A DNA stretch of 64,000 nt from an uncultured candidate division Zixibacteria bacterium (lineage in GTDB: Bacteria; Zixibacteria; MSB-5A5; GN15; FEB-12), in NCBI GenBank assembly GCA_963806185.1, contig CAWDXE010000001.1, positions 64,001 to 128,000 on the forward strand. The letters are read 5' to 3'. Shown here piece by piece: positions 28,807 through 39,785 of the stretch (the stretch's first letter is position 1; each line of letters begins with the position of its first letter). Position numbers and translations under genes: made by a program. Below the pieces are notes generated by a model that saw only the letters and a list, made by a program, of their open reading frames with translations, had not been told where the DNA came from and did no database searches.

Positions 28807-30135
28807 TCATTCGTTTCCGGACATTCGGCCGGTACCGGAGGGAAAATCCGAGGTTCCCGATACCGGAACGATTCCCTTCTGCTGGTAGATCGGCCGCATC
28901 AGCGCGCGCATCGTTCCGAGATTCCTGGCAAACAGCAAGCCGCCCAGTATACAGCAGAGTCCGCCGATCAGGATGGTGTTGGGCGCTCCGAGAGTTGCCG
29001 CCAACCCGCCCGCCAACAGGCCGCCAAACGGCGCCATACCTCGGATGGATAGGGTATACAGACTCATCACCCGCCCCCGCTTGTCGTCCTCGACGATTGT
29101 TTGCAGAACCGTATTCGACGCCGCCATCTGCACGATCATCCCGAATCCCGTGACCACCATGATGCATAGCGATAACCACATCACCCGCGACAACGAGAGA
29201 AATATCAGCCCGACACCAAATGTCACCGCCGCAATGGCGACGATTCGAATCAACCCGCGCACACTTCTGCGCGAGGCCAGGTAAATGGCGCCGATCAGGG
29301 CGCCGATACCGGATGCTCCGACAAGAAATCCGAAGGCGTCCGATCCCCCGTGCAATATATCGCGGGCAAACACCGGCATCAGTACCGAATACGGAATACC
29401 AATGATACTCACCAGCGCCAGAAGAAGCAGCAACGATCGTATTGGCACAAAGCCAAACGAGTATCGAAATCCCTCTTTCAATCCCTCTACGATGCGCCCC
29501 GGGCGCTTGTCAATGATCTGCGGCACCGGTTTCATCGCCATCAATGCGATGATCACCGGAATATAACTTAGGCCATTGAGCAGCAGACACCATCCCTCAC
29601 CCACTGCCGCTATCAGGATGCCGGCGATCGACGGTCCCAGAAGCCGGGCGACGTTGAAGATCGACGAATTGAGCGCAATCGCGTTACTCAGATCATCACG
29701 ATCCTCAATCATCTCCACCACGAACGACTGACGGATAGGCATGTCGAAGGCATTGATGATCCCCAGCATGACGCCCAGCACCATCACTTGCCAGACGGTT
29801 ATCCAATTTCCCAGCACCAGCAGTCCGAATACAAGCGCCTGGAGCATAGATAGTGTTTGGACAATGACGAGCAGACGATGCCGATTGACCCGGTCGGCCA
29901 GGATACCACCGAGCGGCGCCATGAGAAAAATAGGCAGGTTGGTGGCAAAACTCACCATCCCCAGCAGGAAAGCCGAATCGGTCATTCGGTAGACGAGCCA
30001 GCTCACCGCGATCTGCTGCATCCAGGTTCCTATCAGCGATATTCCCTGACCGGCGAAAAACAGACGGAAGTTGCGATGCCGCAGCGACCGGACCGTGTGG
30101 TTCAAACTTCCACCATGGAGAAACGGATTGATCAT
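28807..30135 (-). CDS. MFS transporter
   Basis: LRHRNFRLFF...SLIGTWMQ, GILADRVNR, 12 TM segments. Confidence 0.9.
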   Translation of the reverse strand: MINPFLHGGSLNHTVRSLRHRNFRLFFAGQGISLIGTWMQQIAVSWLVYRMTDSAFLLGMVSFATNLPIFLMAPLGGILADRVNRHRLLVIVQTLSMLQALVFGLLVLGNWITVWQVMVLGVMLGIINAFDMPIRQSFVVEMIEDRDDLSNAIALNSSIFNVARLLGPSIAGILIAAVGEGWCLLLNGLSYIPVIIALMAMKPVPQIIDKRPGRIVEGLKEGFRYSFGFVPIRSLLLLLALVSIIGIPYSVLMPVFARDILHGGSDAFGFLVGASGIGALIGAIYLASRRSVRGLIRIVAIAAVTFGVGLIFLSLSRVMWLSLCIMVVTGFGMIVQMAASNTVLQTIVEDDKRGRVMSLYTLSIRGMAPFGGLLAGGLAATLGAPNTILIGGLCCILGGLLFARNLGTMRALMRPIYQQKGIVPVSGTSDFPSGTGRMSGNE

Positions 30136-30143
30136 AGCTCTCT

Positions 30144-30175
30144 AACAAAAACGGCAGGAACGCTCGTTCCTGCCG
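30144..30175 (-). terminator. Intrinsic terminator-like hairpin between the polyprenyl synthetase and MFS genes
   Basis: CGGCAGGAAC/GTTCCTGCCG followed by TTTTTGTT on the minus strand. Confidence 0.65.
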
Positions 30176-30200
30176 GTACAACTCATCTTTCACTGCGGTA

Positions 30201-31193
30201 TCACGAGGCACGGACAATAGTATAGTCCACCATCTCGACCAGCGAATCATAATACTCCGACGGCTGCAGAAGATTAATGGCCTCCAACCCCTGCTGACTC
30301 AATTCCTTTGCCCGACGATACGCGTAGTCGATGCCGCCGCTCTCTTCCACAAACCGGTGCACCTTGCCGAATGACTCGTTGTCACCTTCATTCTTCAGCA
30401 GCGACACGATTTCGCGCCCGCTGCTCTCCGACACTTTGCGCAACGAGTAGATGAGCGGGAGCGTCACTTTGCCGGTCAGGACGTCATTGCCCGGCTCCTT
30501 GCCGGTCGTTTCCGCGTCACCTACAAAATCAAGCAGGTCGTCGGCAATCTGAAAGGCGATCCCGATCTTCTCGCCGAACTCCGCGAAACGGCTGCGGTCC
30601 TGTACGCTGCGTCGCGACAGGATCGGCCCCACCTCGCAGGAGACGTTAAACAACGATGCCGTCTTGTCGGCTATAATTTCCAGATACTCATCTTCCGAAA
30701 GCGCATAGTTGCCGGTCTCTTCTATCTGCCGCAGCTCGCCGATCGACACTCTCTCAGTCGCCCGGGCTATTGCCTGGATAAGATCAATCGACCCCGTTTC
30801 TACCATGATGCGAAACGCCTTGGCGAACAGGTAATCGCCCATCAGCACCGAAATCAGATTCGTCCATTTACTGTTGACCGTTGCCAATCCCCGCCGCATG
30901 TCGGAATTATCCACCACGTCGTCATGGAGCAACGTCGCCGTGTGGATCAGTTCGATGGACAAGGAGGCGTCAACAGAATATTCCGAGAAATTGTCCGCCG
31001 CCCGCGACGATAGAAAAAGGAATGCCGGCCGAATGCGCTTGCCCCGCGATTTCAGCAAGTGACGGGCAATAGAGGTGATCAAGGGAGAGTCACCCCGCAA
31101 ATAGTCCGTCAGCTTCTTGTCAAAAAGCTCCAGATCGGGTTGTACCGGTTTGACATATTCCGCCATCCGGTTCGTATCAAGCAGGCCCTTCAC
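30201..31193 (-). CDS. Polyprenyl diphosphate synthase (IspB/HepT family)
   Basis: GKRIRP, LLHDDVVD...RRG, KTA, FQIADDLLD. Confidence 0.92.
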   Translation of the reverse strand: MKGLLDTNRMAEYVKPVQPDLELFDKKLTDYLRGDSPLITSIARHLLKSRGKRIRPAFLFLSSRAADNFSEYSVDASLSIELIHTATLLHDDVVDNSDMRRGLATVNSKWTNLISVLMGDYLFAKAFRIMVETGSIDLIQAIARATERVSIGELRQIEETGNYALSEDEYLEIIADKTASLFNVSCEVGPILSRRSVQDRSRFAEFGEKIGIAFQIADDLLDFVGDAETTGKEPGNDVLTGKVTLPLIYSLRKVSESSGREIVSLLKNEGDNESFGKVHRFVEESGGIDYAYRRAKELSQQGLEAINLLQPSEYYDSLVEMVDYTIVRAS

Positions 31194-31264
31194 GGTCGAA
31201 CAGTCCTTTCATCGTCAACAGCGCTGCCCCAAAAATGGGTTTTTGCCCGGAAATGTCAAACGAA

Positions 31265-32107
31265 TTAAGTACCCTTTGCGCTTCTCGGCAGTTGACCCGC
31301 CAGCCATTGCAACCCATTGATATATTGCGGGTTGCTGACATACTCTCGATCGTTGTGCCCCCCGCTCAACTCCACAAACAGCTTCGGCTCCGGCGCGAGG
31401 GCAAAGAGAGTTCGCCCCATCTCATATGGCACAATCTCGTCGACGGGGGAGTGTGTCACCAACACCGGCACACCCAGCTTCCCTATCCTGCCGACATTGT
31501 CGAAATTTACGCGAAGAAGCAGCCCGACGGGCAAATACCGGAACATCAATCGTCCCATGTCACGTGCCGACGTCAACGTCGATTCCAGCACCAGTCCTCC
31601 GACCGGCACTTCCGTCGCCGTGTGCAGCGCGACCGCCCCGCCGATAGACTCGCCAAAGACTATGATCCGCTTCGGATCAATCTTCTTGACCTCCACCAGC
31701 CACTCGTACGCCGCCCGTGCGTCTTCGTATACTTTCGTTTCCGATGGTGACCCCTCAGACTTCCCGTATCCACGGTAGTCAAACAGAAGGGTACTCCATC
31801 CCAGTTTTCGAAACAGCTCTACATGTTCCATCCGATAGGAAATATTCCCGGCGTTGCCGTGGCAAAACAGCACGACCGGTGCACTGTCGGATGCCGGGAA
31901 GTACCACGCATGTATGCGCTCCGCCGTCCCGACCGGAATGTACATGTCGTCGGCCGGAATCGGCAATTGGGCCGACTCAAACAACATCTCAGTCGAGGGC
32001 ATGAACACCAGTCGGTTCTGGAGCAGGAAGACCAGCAGGCACAAAAAGACGTACCCGGCGATAGCCAGGAGCACGGCAATCAACAGCACGCGAGCGAAAT
32101 TCACCAT
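31265..32107 (-). CDS. Membrane-anchored alpha/beta hydrolase (Bem46/ABHD13-like)
   Basis: HGNAGN, DYRGYG, GESIGG nucleophile, HSPVDEIVP, GGHND. Confidence 0.88.
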   Translation of the reverse strand: MVNFARVLLIAVLLAIAGYVFLCLLVFLLQNRLVFMPSTEMLFESAQLPIPADDMYIPVGTAERIHAWYFPASDSAPVVLFCHGNAGNISYRMEHVELFRKLGWSTLLFDYRGYGKSEGSPSETKVYEDARAAYEWLVEVKKIDPKRIIVFGESIGGAVALHTATEVPVGGLVLESTLTSARDMGRLMFRYLPVGLLLRVNFDNVGRIGKLGVPVLVTHSPVDEIVPYEMGRTLFALAPEPKLFVELSGGHNDREYVSNPQYINGLQWLAGQLPRSAKGT

Positions 32108-32136
32108 ATCTGTAATATATGTGACCCGGCCGGCAG

Positions 32137-32166
32137 AAAAAAGCCCGACTGCGCGGCAGCCGGGCT
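32137..32166 (-). terminator. Intrinsic terminator after guaA
   Basis: GCCCGGCTGC...GCAGTCGGGC followed by TTTTTT on the minus strand. Confidence 0.75.
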
Positions 32167-32200
32167 CTGAATTTCATCCGAATTCACGGTGCGACGGAAG

Positions 32201-33745
32201 TTACTCCCACTCAATCGTCGCCGGCGGCTTTGACGAGATATCGTACACCACCCGATTTACCCCTTTCACGTTGCGGATAATCCGGTTCGAAATATGCGCC
32301 AAAACTGTGTGATCGATCCGCGCCCAGTCGGCCGTCATGCCGTCGACCGACGTCACCGCCCGCAAAGCTACCACATTCTCATAGGTCCGCTCGTCACCCA
32401 TCACGCCTACCGCGCTCACCGGCAGGAGCACCGCAAACGCCTGCCAAATATCATTATAGATATTGTGCCGATGCAATTCGTCGATGAAAACCGCGTCCAC
32501 TTCCCGAAGCGTATCACACCGTTCCCTCGTGACTTCACCCAGCACGCGCACCGCCAGCCCCGGACCCGGGAACGGATGACGCATGATGAATTTCTCCGGC
32601 AAACCGAGCGCCCGACCCAGCGTGCGAACCTCATCTTTGAACAATTCGCGCAGAGGCTCTACCAGTTTCAGGCTCATCTTCTCTTTCAAGCCGCCGACGT
32701 TATGGTGCGATTTGATGGTAACCGACGGCCCCCCTCGGAAGGACACCGATTCTATCACATCCGGGTACAGCGTTCCCTGCGCCAGGAAGTCAATCCCGCC
32801 GATCTTCTGGGCCTCAGCCTCAAACACGTCGATGAATGTCGACCCGATGATTTTTCGCTTCTTCTCAGGATCCTCTACTCCCGCCATCCGCTGCATAAAC
32901 ATGTCCGACGCATCGACCGCGTGCAGATTGAGCCCCAGTGTGCGCAACATCGTCGTTACATCCTCGAACTCGTTCTTCCGCAGCATGCCCGTGTTGACGA
33001 ACACCGCATGCAGGCGGTCGCCGATCGCCCTGTTGAGCAGGACTCCGGCTACGGTGGAATCGACGCCGCCTGAAATCCCCAGGACAATCTTGCCGTCGCC
33101 CACCTGCTCGCGAATCTTTCGTACCGATTCGTCGAGGAACGACTGCGTCGTCCAGTCCCCTTTGAGTTTACAGATGTCGAAGAGGAAATTGTTGATGACC
33201 GTCTTCCCGGCGTCCGTGTGATGTACCTCCGGATGAAACTGAACGCCATAAATGCGTCTTGCTTCATGCGCTACCGCGGCCACCCGCAGCGTCTCGGTCG
33301 ACGCGATCACATGAAAACCGGGCGGCATCTGCGCCACCGAATCTCCGTGCGACATCCAGACCTGGCTGCCGCTGGGAACGCCTTTGAGTATGGGGCTCTC
33401 ACCAAGAATCGACAGATGCGACCGCCCGTACTCACGAGTGTCGCTTCGCTTGAGTTGTCCGCCATACACGTCCGCCAGCAGCTGCAACCCGTAGCAGATG
33501 CCCAGTATCGGCTTGTCCGTTTCAAAAAAGGACTTGGGCAGTCGAGGTGAATCGGCATCGGCCAGCGAGGCCGGCCCGCCCGACAGAATATACCCGGCTA
33601 TTTTGGCGTTGGCATACTTCGACAAGTCGGCGTTGAACGGAAGGATCTCGCAGTAGACGTTGGCCTCTCTGACCCGGCGCGCAATCAGCTGCGTGTACTG
33701 CGAACCGAAATCAAAGATGAGAATCATGTCATGGCCGGTGACCAC
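32201..33745 (-). CDS. guaA: GMP synthase (glutamine-hydrolysing)
   Basis: DFGSQYTQLI, GICYG, QFHPEV, SGGVDS, IKSHHNVGG, KPPATIEWE; GTG start after AGGAGG. Confidence 0.97.
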   Translation of the reverse strand: MVTGHDMILIFDFGSQYTQLIARRVREANVYCEILPFNADLSKYANAKIAGYILSGGPASLADADSPRLPKSFFETDKPILGICYGLQLLADVYGGQLKRSDTREYGRSHLSILGESPILKGVPSGSQVWMSHGDSVAQMPPGFHVIASTETLRVAAVAHEARRIYGVQFHPEVHHTDAGKTVINNFLFDICKLKGDWTTQSFLDESVRKIREQVGDGKIVLGISGGVDSTVAGVLLNRAIGDRLHAVFVNTGMLRKNEFEDVTTMLRTLGLNLHAVDASDMFMQRMAGVEDPEKKRKIIGSTFIDVFEAEAQKIGGIDFLAQGTLYPDVIESVSFRGGPSVTIKSHHNVGGLKEKMSLKLVEPLRELFKDEVRTLGRALGLPEKFIMRHPFPGPGLAVRVLGEVTRERCDTLREVDAVFIDELHRHNIYNDIWQAFAVLLPVSAVGVMGDERTYENVVALRAVTSVDGMTADWARIDHTVLAHISNRIIRNVKGVNRVVYDISSKPPATIEWE

Positions 33746-35351
33746 GGACGGCCTCCTGCCGGAGTTTTCCTTCGATGACGGTGTCTGAGCGGTAGGCATC
33801 GTTTTCAAGCGGTCTATCCTCCAAATAGTGCAGCCCGCGCGACTCCAGCCGGCGGCGGGCGCACTGAATAATGAGCTCGGCGACAGTCGCCAGATTTCTC
33901 AACTCGACCACCGGATACGTCGCCGGCGTCGCCATATAGTACTGATCTATCGCCGTTCGAATCTGCTGTACCTTTTCCTGCGCCAGTTGCAGTCGTTCTT
34001 CGGTCCGTACGATACCCACAAAATCGGACATGACCCGCTTGAGTTCCCGGCGATCGTGCGCAATCAGGATTTTTTCCCGGGGAAATTTGAGCGATGAGTA
34101 CATCGGCGCGTCAACCGGCACGTTTTCCGGAAAATGCGCCTGGCGAAAATAGTCATACGAGGCCTTGGCCGACAGCTTCGCCATGACCACCGCCTCAAGG
34201 AGAGAATTCGACGCCAGTCGGTTGGCCCCGTGCAGTCCGGTCATCGCCACTTCGCCCGCCACATACAGCCCCGCGAGCTCCGTTTCCCCGTCGATGGTCG
34301 AAACCACCCCCCCGCAGGCATAATGAGCCGCCGGCACTACCGGGATGGGACGCTGGGTCAGGTCAAAGCCGTACTTAAGACATTCTCTGTAAATATTAGG
34401 GAATCGATTCTTGACATGCACCGGATCAAGATGAGTGAGATCGAGCAGAACATATTCCTCACCGCTGGACTTGAGCTCCTGATCTATCTGCCGCGCCACC
34501 ACGTCGCGGGGCGCGAGATCTTTCAACGGGTGAACCTTCTCCATGATAAACCGGCCGTCGACTGATTTCAGCCGTCCCCCTTCGCCGCGCACGGCCTCCG
34601 AAATGAGAAACGGCCAGCGGCTCGGTGCATAGAGAGTCGTCGGATGAAATTGAATGAACTCGAGATTGGCAATTGAGATTCCCGCCCGGTAGGCAATCGC
34701 CACGCCGTCACCGGTCGCGATTAGCGGATTCGACGTGTGAAAATAGACTTGCCCCAGTCCTCCCGTGGCCAGCATCGTGACCGGCGCGTAGAACGACGAA
34801 AAGACCCGGTTAGCTTCGCTGAAAACAACGACCCCTGCGCAAAACGCCTGACCACTCGTCGTGTAGGTAATCAGGTCAAGGGCAATATGGTCGCGCAGGA
34901 TGGTGATCCGACTGCCCTTTTCACGGCACGCGGCGAGCAGGGCGCGCTCGATCTCCCGTCCGGTGAGGTCGGACGCATGCACCACCCGATTGGTGGAATG
35001 GCCGCCTTCGCGCCCCAGGTCGAAGTTGCCGTCCCGCTTCGTGAACTCAACACCGTATCGCATGAGCTCTTCGATGACCGACGGACCCTCCTCGACTACT
35101 TTCTCGACGACTTCAGGATGACACAGCCCGCAACCAACCCGAAGCGTATCCTGAATGTGTGCATCAAAGGAATCGGTTCCGGCAAGAACCGCCGCGATCC
35201 CTCCCTGCGCTCGATTGGTGTTGGAGTCTGACTCTGCCTTCTTCGTGACCAGGGCAATCCTCAGTCGTGAGTCCGTCTCGGCCAGTCGAAGAGCGTAAAA
35301 CAGACCGGCAATACCGCTTCCTACTACTACCGCGTCGAACCGTCTATCCAT
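33729..35351 (-). CDS. nadB: L-aspartate oxidase
   Basis: GSGIAG, AQGGIAA, EGGHS, QFHPT, LISEAVRGEG, GLHGANRLASNSLLE, ESRGLHY. Confidence 0.95.
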   Translation of the reverse strand: MDRRFDAVVVGSGIAGLFYALRLAETDSRLRIALVTKKAESDSNTNRAQGGIAAVLAGTDSFDAHIQDTLRVGCGLCHPEVVEKVVEEGPSVIEELMRYGVEFTKRDGNFDLGREGGHSTNRVVHASDLTGREIERALLAACREKGSRITILRDHIALDLITYTTSGQAFCAGVVVFSEANRVFSSFYAPVTMLATGGLGQVYFHTSNPLIATGDGVAIAYRAGISIANLEFIQFHPTTLYAPSRWPFLISEAVRGEGGRLKSVDGRFIMEKVHPLKDLAPRDVVARQIDQELKSSGEEYVLLDLTHLDPVHVKNRFPNIYRECLKYGFDLTQRPIPVVPAAHYACGGVVSTIDGETELAGLYVAGEVAMTGLHGANRLASNSLLEAVVMAKLSAKASYDYFRQAHFPENVPVDAPMYSSLKFPREKILIAHDRRELKRVMSDFVGIVRTEERLQLAQEKVQQIRTAIDQYYMATPATYPVVELRNLATVAELIIQCARRRLESRGLHYLEDRPLENDAYRSDTVIEGKLRQEAVRGHRP

Positions 35352-36423
35352 GTGCTCCTGCCTGGCGTTTCAGAGTCAGCTTCTGTTCGATGATTTCGAG
35401 AAGTTCACGATCCTTGTCAATCTTAACCGTCAGCCCAAGATAATACGTTTCCCGCCCGAAATCAAAGTCGCCCAATTTGACCCAATCTTTGGCCGTCGTC
35501 AAGAGCAGATCGGCCTTCTGCCGCTCAGCCGCCGCACGGATTCGCTCCAGCAGCGCCGCACTGAATGACTGGTGATCCTCCAGCTCCATCGTCCCCGCCA
35601 CCTTCCCGGCGAGCCGTTTTACCTGTTCCGCCAGCCCACCGAAATGCCCGATTCCCGCAAACAGAAACACCGAGCGTGATCTGAGATACGTAATCGGCAG
35701 CCGATTCACGAAATCAGCATGAATATCATTCGCCACAAAGCGCGCCTCAAACGCCTCCGCCTCACCCGGCGCCCGACTGATCTGGTCGCGCACCCACTCC
35801 ACATGGCGACCCAGATTCGCCCGGGTAATGATTATCAGATCAGCGCGACCCAGCGCGCGAAATCCTTCGCGCAGCATACCCCGGGGAAAAGGGAGCGCCA
35901 GCTTCGGGTCCATCGAGGCATCGAGAGCGACTATGTCAACATCACGATGCAGCGCCCAATGCTGGAAGCCGTCGTCAACGACTATCACGTCGGCCGCCGA
36001 ACTCGCGGCCAGTACCCGCGCGGCTCTTGCTTTTGTCTTGTGAATCGAGAACATGACGTCCGGCAGCATCTGCGCCAATAGCTTTACTTCGTCACCGGTC
36101 GCTTCAACATCCATCTTCTGAATCTCATCTCCCCGCGCCAGCAACGGTTCGTCGCTGTCCCGCTTGTAGCCACGCGCCACTATGCCGACCCGGTACCCGC
36201 GATGAGCCAGTTCCTCCGCCAGCCATCCCACTAATGGCGTCTTCCCCGCTCCCCCGACGGTGATATTACCCACCGATATGACGGGGATCCCAAGGCGCAC
36301 CGACGGCCGACGTACTGCCTTGACCAAGGCGAATCCCATCCGGTACACGACCGAAGCGAGCCACAACGGAACGGCCGCCGCCCCTCCTCGCGCCATCATC
36401 GCTTTCCACTTCTGCTCAGCCAC
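35344..36423 (-). CDS. lpxK: Tetraacyldisaccharide 4'-kinase
   Basis: VISVGNITVGGAGKTP, DDGFQH, TAKDWVK. Confidence 0.93.
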   Translation of the reverse strand: MAEQKWKAMMARGGAAAVPLWLASVVYRMGFALVKAVRRPSVRLGIPVISVGNITVGGAGKTPLVGWLAEELAHRGYRVGIVARGYKRDSDEPLLARGDEIQKMDVEATGDEVKLLAQMLPDVMFSIHKTKARAARVLAASSAADVIVVDDGFQHWALHRDVDIVALDASMDPKLALPFPRGMLREGFRALGRADLIIITRANLGRHVEWVRDQISRAPGEAEAFEARFVANDIHADFVNRLPITYLRSRSVFLFAGIGHFGGLAEQVKRLAGKVAGTMELEDHQSFSAALLERIRAAAERQKADLLLTTAKDWVKLGDFDFGRETYYLGLTVKIDKDRELLEIIEQKLTLKRQAGAHG

Positions 36424-37654
36424 GTCCCAGCTTTCCGAGGATATACTGCCCCGCCGCCGCCACCGACGAGCGGCTCACGTCTTCAACTGTCTTCACCTTG
36501 AAGATTCTGATTCCTGAGATGACTTTGGAAATCAACTGAACCATCTCAGCCGCGCTCTGCACGCAGGCGCCGAATTGGTGTGTTTCGATATACGCTGCGG
36601 CTTCTCGGACATTTGAGAGATTGGTTCCATAGATCACCGGCGTCTGTGCCCAGACCGGTTCGAGAAGGTTGTGGCCTCCGATATCTACCAGAGTACCGCC
36701 CACAAAGGCAAGATCAGCCGCGCCGTACAGCCCGCTCAAAATTCCCATCTGCTCGACCAGTAGTACGGCCTCGCCGTTCATCAAAGGACTGCCTACCGGA
36801 TGTACGGCCAGCCCCGACTGACCGATCAACTCCCTCACTTCGTCAAGACGTTCCAGGTGCCGGGGTGCAAGAAGCATCCTGAAATTGCCGTGGCTCTGCC
36901 TGATGGCTTGATACACTCCCAAAAGGATGGCCTCTTCACCCGGTCTTGTCGACCCACAAACAAACAGAAATTCATGATCACCGATACCGAGTGACTGCCG
37001 CAACCCGCGTACGCCGGGGGCCGTCTTCTCTATCAACGGTGCATCAAACTTCATATCTCCACCAAGGACGGCCTGACTTGCTGTCGCCCCCAGTTCGCGA
37101 TACCGCGTGAGATCATCTGCCGTTTTGCAAATGATCCGGTCATATCTCGCGATTAGCCCGCCAATCGTTCTCCGCACCCAGAGATACTTTCTGAACGCCT
37201 TCGGTGATATACGCCCGTTTACTTTGGCCATGCCGATCTCTCGCCGCCCGCATTCCAGAATCAGATTCGGCCAGATCTCGGTTTCGGCGATTACCACCAT
37301 TTTCGGCTTCAGCTTGGCCAGAGTGCGGCGCATCAGCGATCTCTTGTCGATTGGGAAGTACGAGATCGTCGCCTGCCCGCTCAGCCGCTTCTTCGCCGTC
37401 GCGAAACCGCTGGCGGTCATCGTCGTCACGTGAAGCCGGAGTGCCGACCGCTCCGACTTCAGCCACGAGGCCAGGTAGCTGATAATGGTCACTTCACCCA
37501 CCGACGATGCGTGCAGCCAGATATCGCACGGCTGCAAGTCCGCCTTCCCCAACCGGTCCCGCCACATCTCGCTCCCCGTAACCATCTTGTACCAGGCATA
37601 CGGATACAAGACGCCATAGATGATGTTTACGGTCAGTCGATAGATAAAAATCAT
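36416..37654 (-). CDS. waaA: Kdo transferase
   Basis: WLHASSVGE, ETEIWPN, APRHLER, GGHNLLEP. Confidence 0.94.
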   Translation of the reverse strand: MIFIYRLTVNIIYGVLYPYAWYKMVTGSEMWRDRLGKADLQPCDIWLHASSVGEVTIISYLASWLKSERSALRLHVTTMTASGFATAKKRLSGQATISYFPIDKRSLMRRTLAKLKPKMVVIAETEIWPNLILECGRREIGMAKVNGRISPKAFRKYLWVRRTIGGLIARYDRIICKTADDLTRYRELGATASQAVLGGDMKFDAPLIEKTAPGVRGLRQSLGIGDHEFLFVCGSTRPGEEAILLGVYQAIRQSHGNFRMLLAPRHLERLDEVRELIGQSGLAVHPVGSPLMNGEAVLLVEQMGILSGLYGAADLAFVGGTLVDIGGHNLLEPVWAQTPVIYGTNLSNVREAAAYIETHQFGACVQSAAEMVQLISKVISGIRIFKVKTVEDVSRSSVAAAGQYILGKLGRG

Positions 37655-38757
37655 ATATACGACGCAACCCGTTCGGCGGCCCGCCGACTGGCGCCGCCCC
37701 CGCCGAGAATCCCCGGCAACCGGTGCAGCGCTTCGATGACACCGCGCCGATAAGGCTCGTCGGCCAGATATTGTTCCAACGCCTCCGCCATCCGCTCACC
37801 CGTGACCTCACCCTGAATCAACTCCGGCACGAACTTCCTGCTGAGAACCAAATTGACCAGACCGATGCTGTCAAGCGTGACCAGTCGCTTCGCAATCTGA
37901 TACGTGACGAAGCCTGTTCGATAAACAATTACCATCGGCCGGCCTATGATTCCGGCCTCCAGCGTCGCCGTCCCGGAAGCCGTCAACACCAGGTCCGACT
38001 CGAATACCACCCGCCTCGCGTTATCGTGCACGAGTCGAACGAAATCCCCATCACCCGCTCTCAGGTGCCCTTCGTAGTCATACGTTCCCCTTACCGCGGC
38101 GACTTCCGATGTGTAGCCGTGCCGCTCGTGCATGATCCGCGCCGCATCCAACATCGGCGCCAGCATCCGCTCAACCTCCTGAGGCCGTGACCCCGGCAAA
38201 AGGGCGAGTCGCCTTCGATTGGGCAAGGGCGAGGCGACGTACTCTGCGGGGATATCCTCCAACAGATAGTGCCCGACAAACGAATGCGCAATCCCTGTCG
38301 GGCCGAAAAACTCACGCTCAAAGGGAAGGATGATCATCAGGTGGTCAACCAGCTCCCGCATCTGCGCCAGCCTCGCCTTCCCCCACGCCCACAACTGCGG
38401 CGAGATGTAATAAATGATCGGGATGCCGAGATGTTTGACCCGCTTGGCCAGACGTAAATTGAAGCCGGGGTAGTCAACCAGCAGTATTGCCGACGGTTGG
38501 CGGCGCGTGATTTCATCCACGCACCGATGCATCAACCTCCGAAAAAAACAGAATTGCTTGGCTACTTCCCAGAAGCCGATGACGGCCAGTCGCTCCGCCG
38601 GTACGAATTGCTCCTGACCGAGCGCCGCCAGTCGCGGCCCGCCCAGACCGAAAAGCGCAATCTCAGGTTTGATTGCTTTGAGCTCGGTGATCAGTCGCGC
38701 GGTCGCGTTATCGCCGGATCGATCACCGGCCGAAATGAATAACATCGGCTGGCTCAT
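37651..38757 (-). CDS. lpxB: Lipid A disaccharide synthase
   Basis: VDYPGFN, SPQLWAW, ILPFE, LLPGSR, SGTATLE. Confidence 0.95.
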   Translation of the reverse strand: MSQPMLFISAGDRSGDNATARLITELKAIKPEIALFGLGGPRLAALGQEQFVPAERLAVIGFWEVAKQFCFFRRLMHRCVDEITRRQPSAILLVDYPGFNLRLAKRVKHLGIPIIYYISPQLWAWGKARLAQMRELVDHLMIILPFEREFFGPTGIAHSFVGHYLLEDIPAEYVASPLPNRRRLALLPGSRPQEVERMLAPMLDAARIMHERHGYTSEVAAVRGTYDYEGHLRAGDGDFVRLVHDNARRVVFESDLVLTASGTATLEAGIIGRPMVIVYRTGFVTYQIAKRLVTLDSIGLVNLVLSRKFVPELIQGEVTGERMAEALEQYLADEPYRRGVIEALHRLPGILGGGGASRRAAERVASYI

Positions 38758-39753
38758 TCACGCCGACGCCGTCGCCATGCTGCGACTTATCGAATCCTTG
38801 CCGATACGCTCGATCTCCAGCGCAATATGCAGTGCCTCGGCCGCCTGCCGTACGGTAACCGCTACCGGCGAATCACTTATGACCGACGTAAGAAATGTCT
38901 CGATTTCCAATCCCAGCATATCCTTCCCGTTGTCGGGACGCATCAGGTACGAAATATCCCGCCCCGATTTCCCCAGCGGCACCCGCATCCCTTCACTCGC
39001 CTCACCCGGCTTCGCCAGTCGATAAATATCGGCCTGCTTCGTCGCCAGATCGAGCGAGTAATACCCCGAGGGTTGGAAGATGCGCAGCTTGCGCATTGCC
39101 TTCAGCGATATGCGCGAGGCCGTCAGGTTGGCCACGGCGCCATTCTTGAACGTCAGGCGTGCATTAGCAATGTCCGCATGTTCGGATATCACTGCCACCG
39201 CTGACGCCTGGATGTCGGCGATCGGCGACTTGATGAACGTGAGCACAAGGTCGATGTCATGAATCATCAGGTCGAGCACGACAGCTACGTCGGTACCGCG
39301 CGGGTCAAACGCCGCCAGCCGGTGCGCTTCGATAAATCTCGGATCGATATCATGCCCGGCCAACGCCATCACTGCCGGATTAAACCGCTCGATTTGCCCG
39401 ACGGTCACCTTGACAGTTTTTCGGTCGGCCAGCGCCTGAAGTTCCTGTGCTTCCGCCAGCGTCGTCGTGATCGGCTTTTCGATCAGACAGTGCACGCCGC
39501 GACCGATCAGGTCCGACGCTACGTCAAAGTGCGCCGTGGTAGGTACCACGATCGAGACTGCTCTGGCCTTCTGCGCTACCTCGTCGAGCGACTTGAACGC
39601 GGAGATATTGTACTGCTGGGCGTATTGCTCGGCCTTGGCTGTATCGATGTCGTACACACCGACCAGATTGGATTGCGGAAGCTGCGACAGCCAGCGCAGG
39701 TGATGTCGGCCCAAAGCGCCGACCCCGACTACGGCGGTGGGAATCTGTTGCAT
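38758..39753 (-). CDS. Gfo/Idh/MocA oxidoreductase, probable UDP-GlcNAc 3-dehydrogenase (GnnA-like)
   Basis: GVGALG, EKP, ERFNP, DVAVVLDLMIHDID; located between lpxA and lpxB. Confidence 0.8.
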   Translation of the reverse strand: MQQIPTAVVGVGALGRHHLRWLSQLPQSNLVGVYDIDTAKAEQYAQQYNISAFKSLDEVAQKARAVSIVVPTTAHFDVASDLIGRGVHCLIEKPITTTLAEAQELQALADRKTVKVTVGQIERFNPAVMALAGHDIDPRFIEAHRLAAFDPRGTDVAVVLDLMIHDIDLVLTFIKSPIADIQASAVAVISEHADIANARLTFKNGAVANLTASRISLKAMRKLRIFQPSGYYSLDLATKQADIYRLAKPGEASEGMRVPLGKSGRDISYLMRPDNGKDMLGLEIETFLTSVISDSPVAVTVRQAAEALHIALEIERIGKDSISRSMATASA

Positions 39754-39785
39754 AGGACTAACCTCGCGGATAGCAACCGGTCGAT

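Noticed and set aside
18168..30135. Genomic island integrated at tRNA-Gln
   Set aside because: The gene content looks accessory, but I saw no integrase, no duplicated tRNA 3' end and no obvious compositional shift
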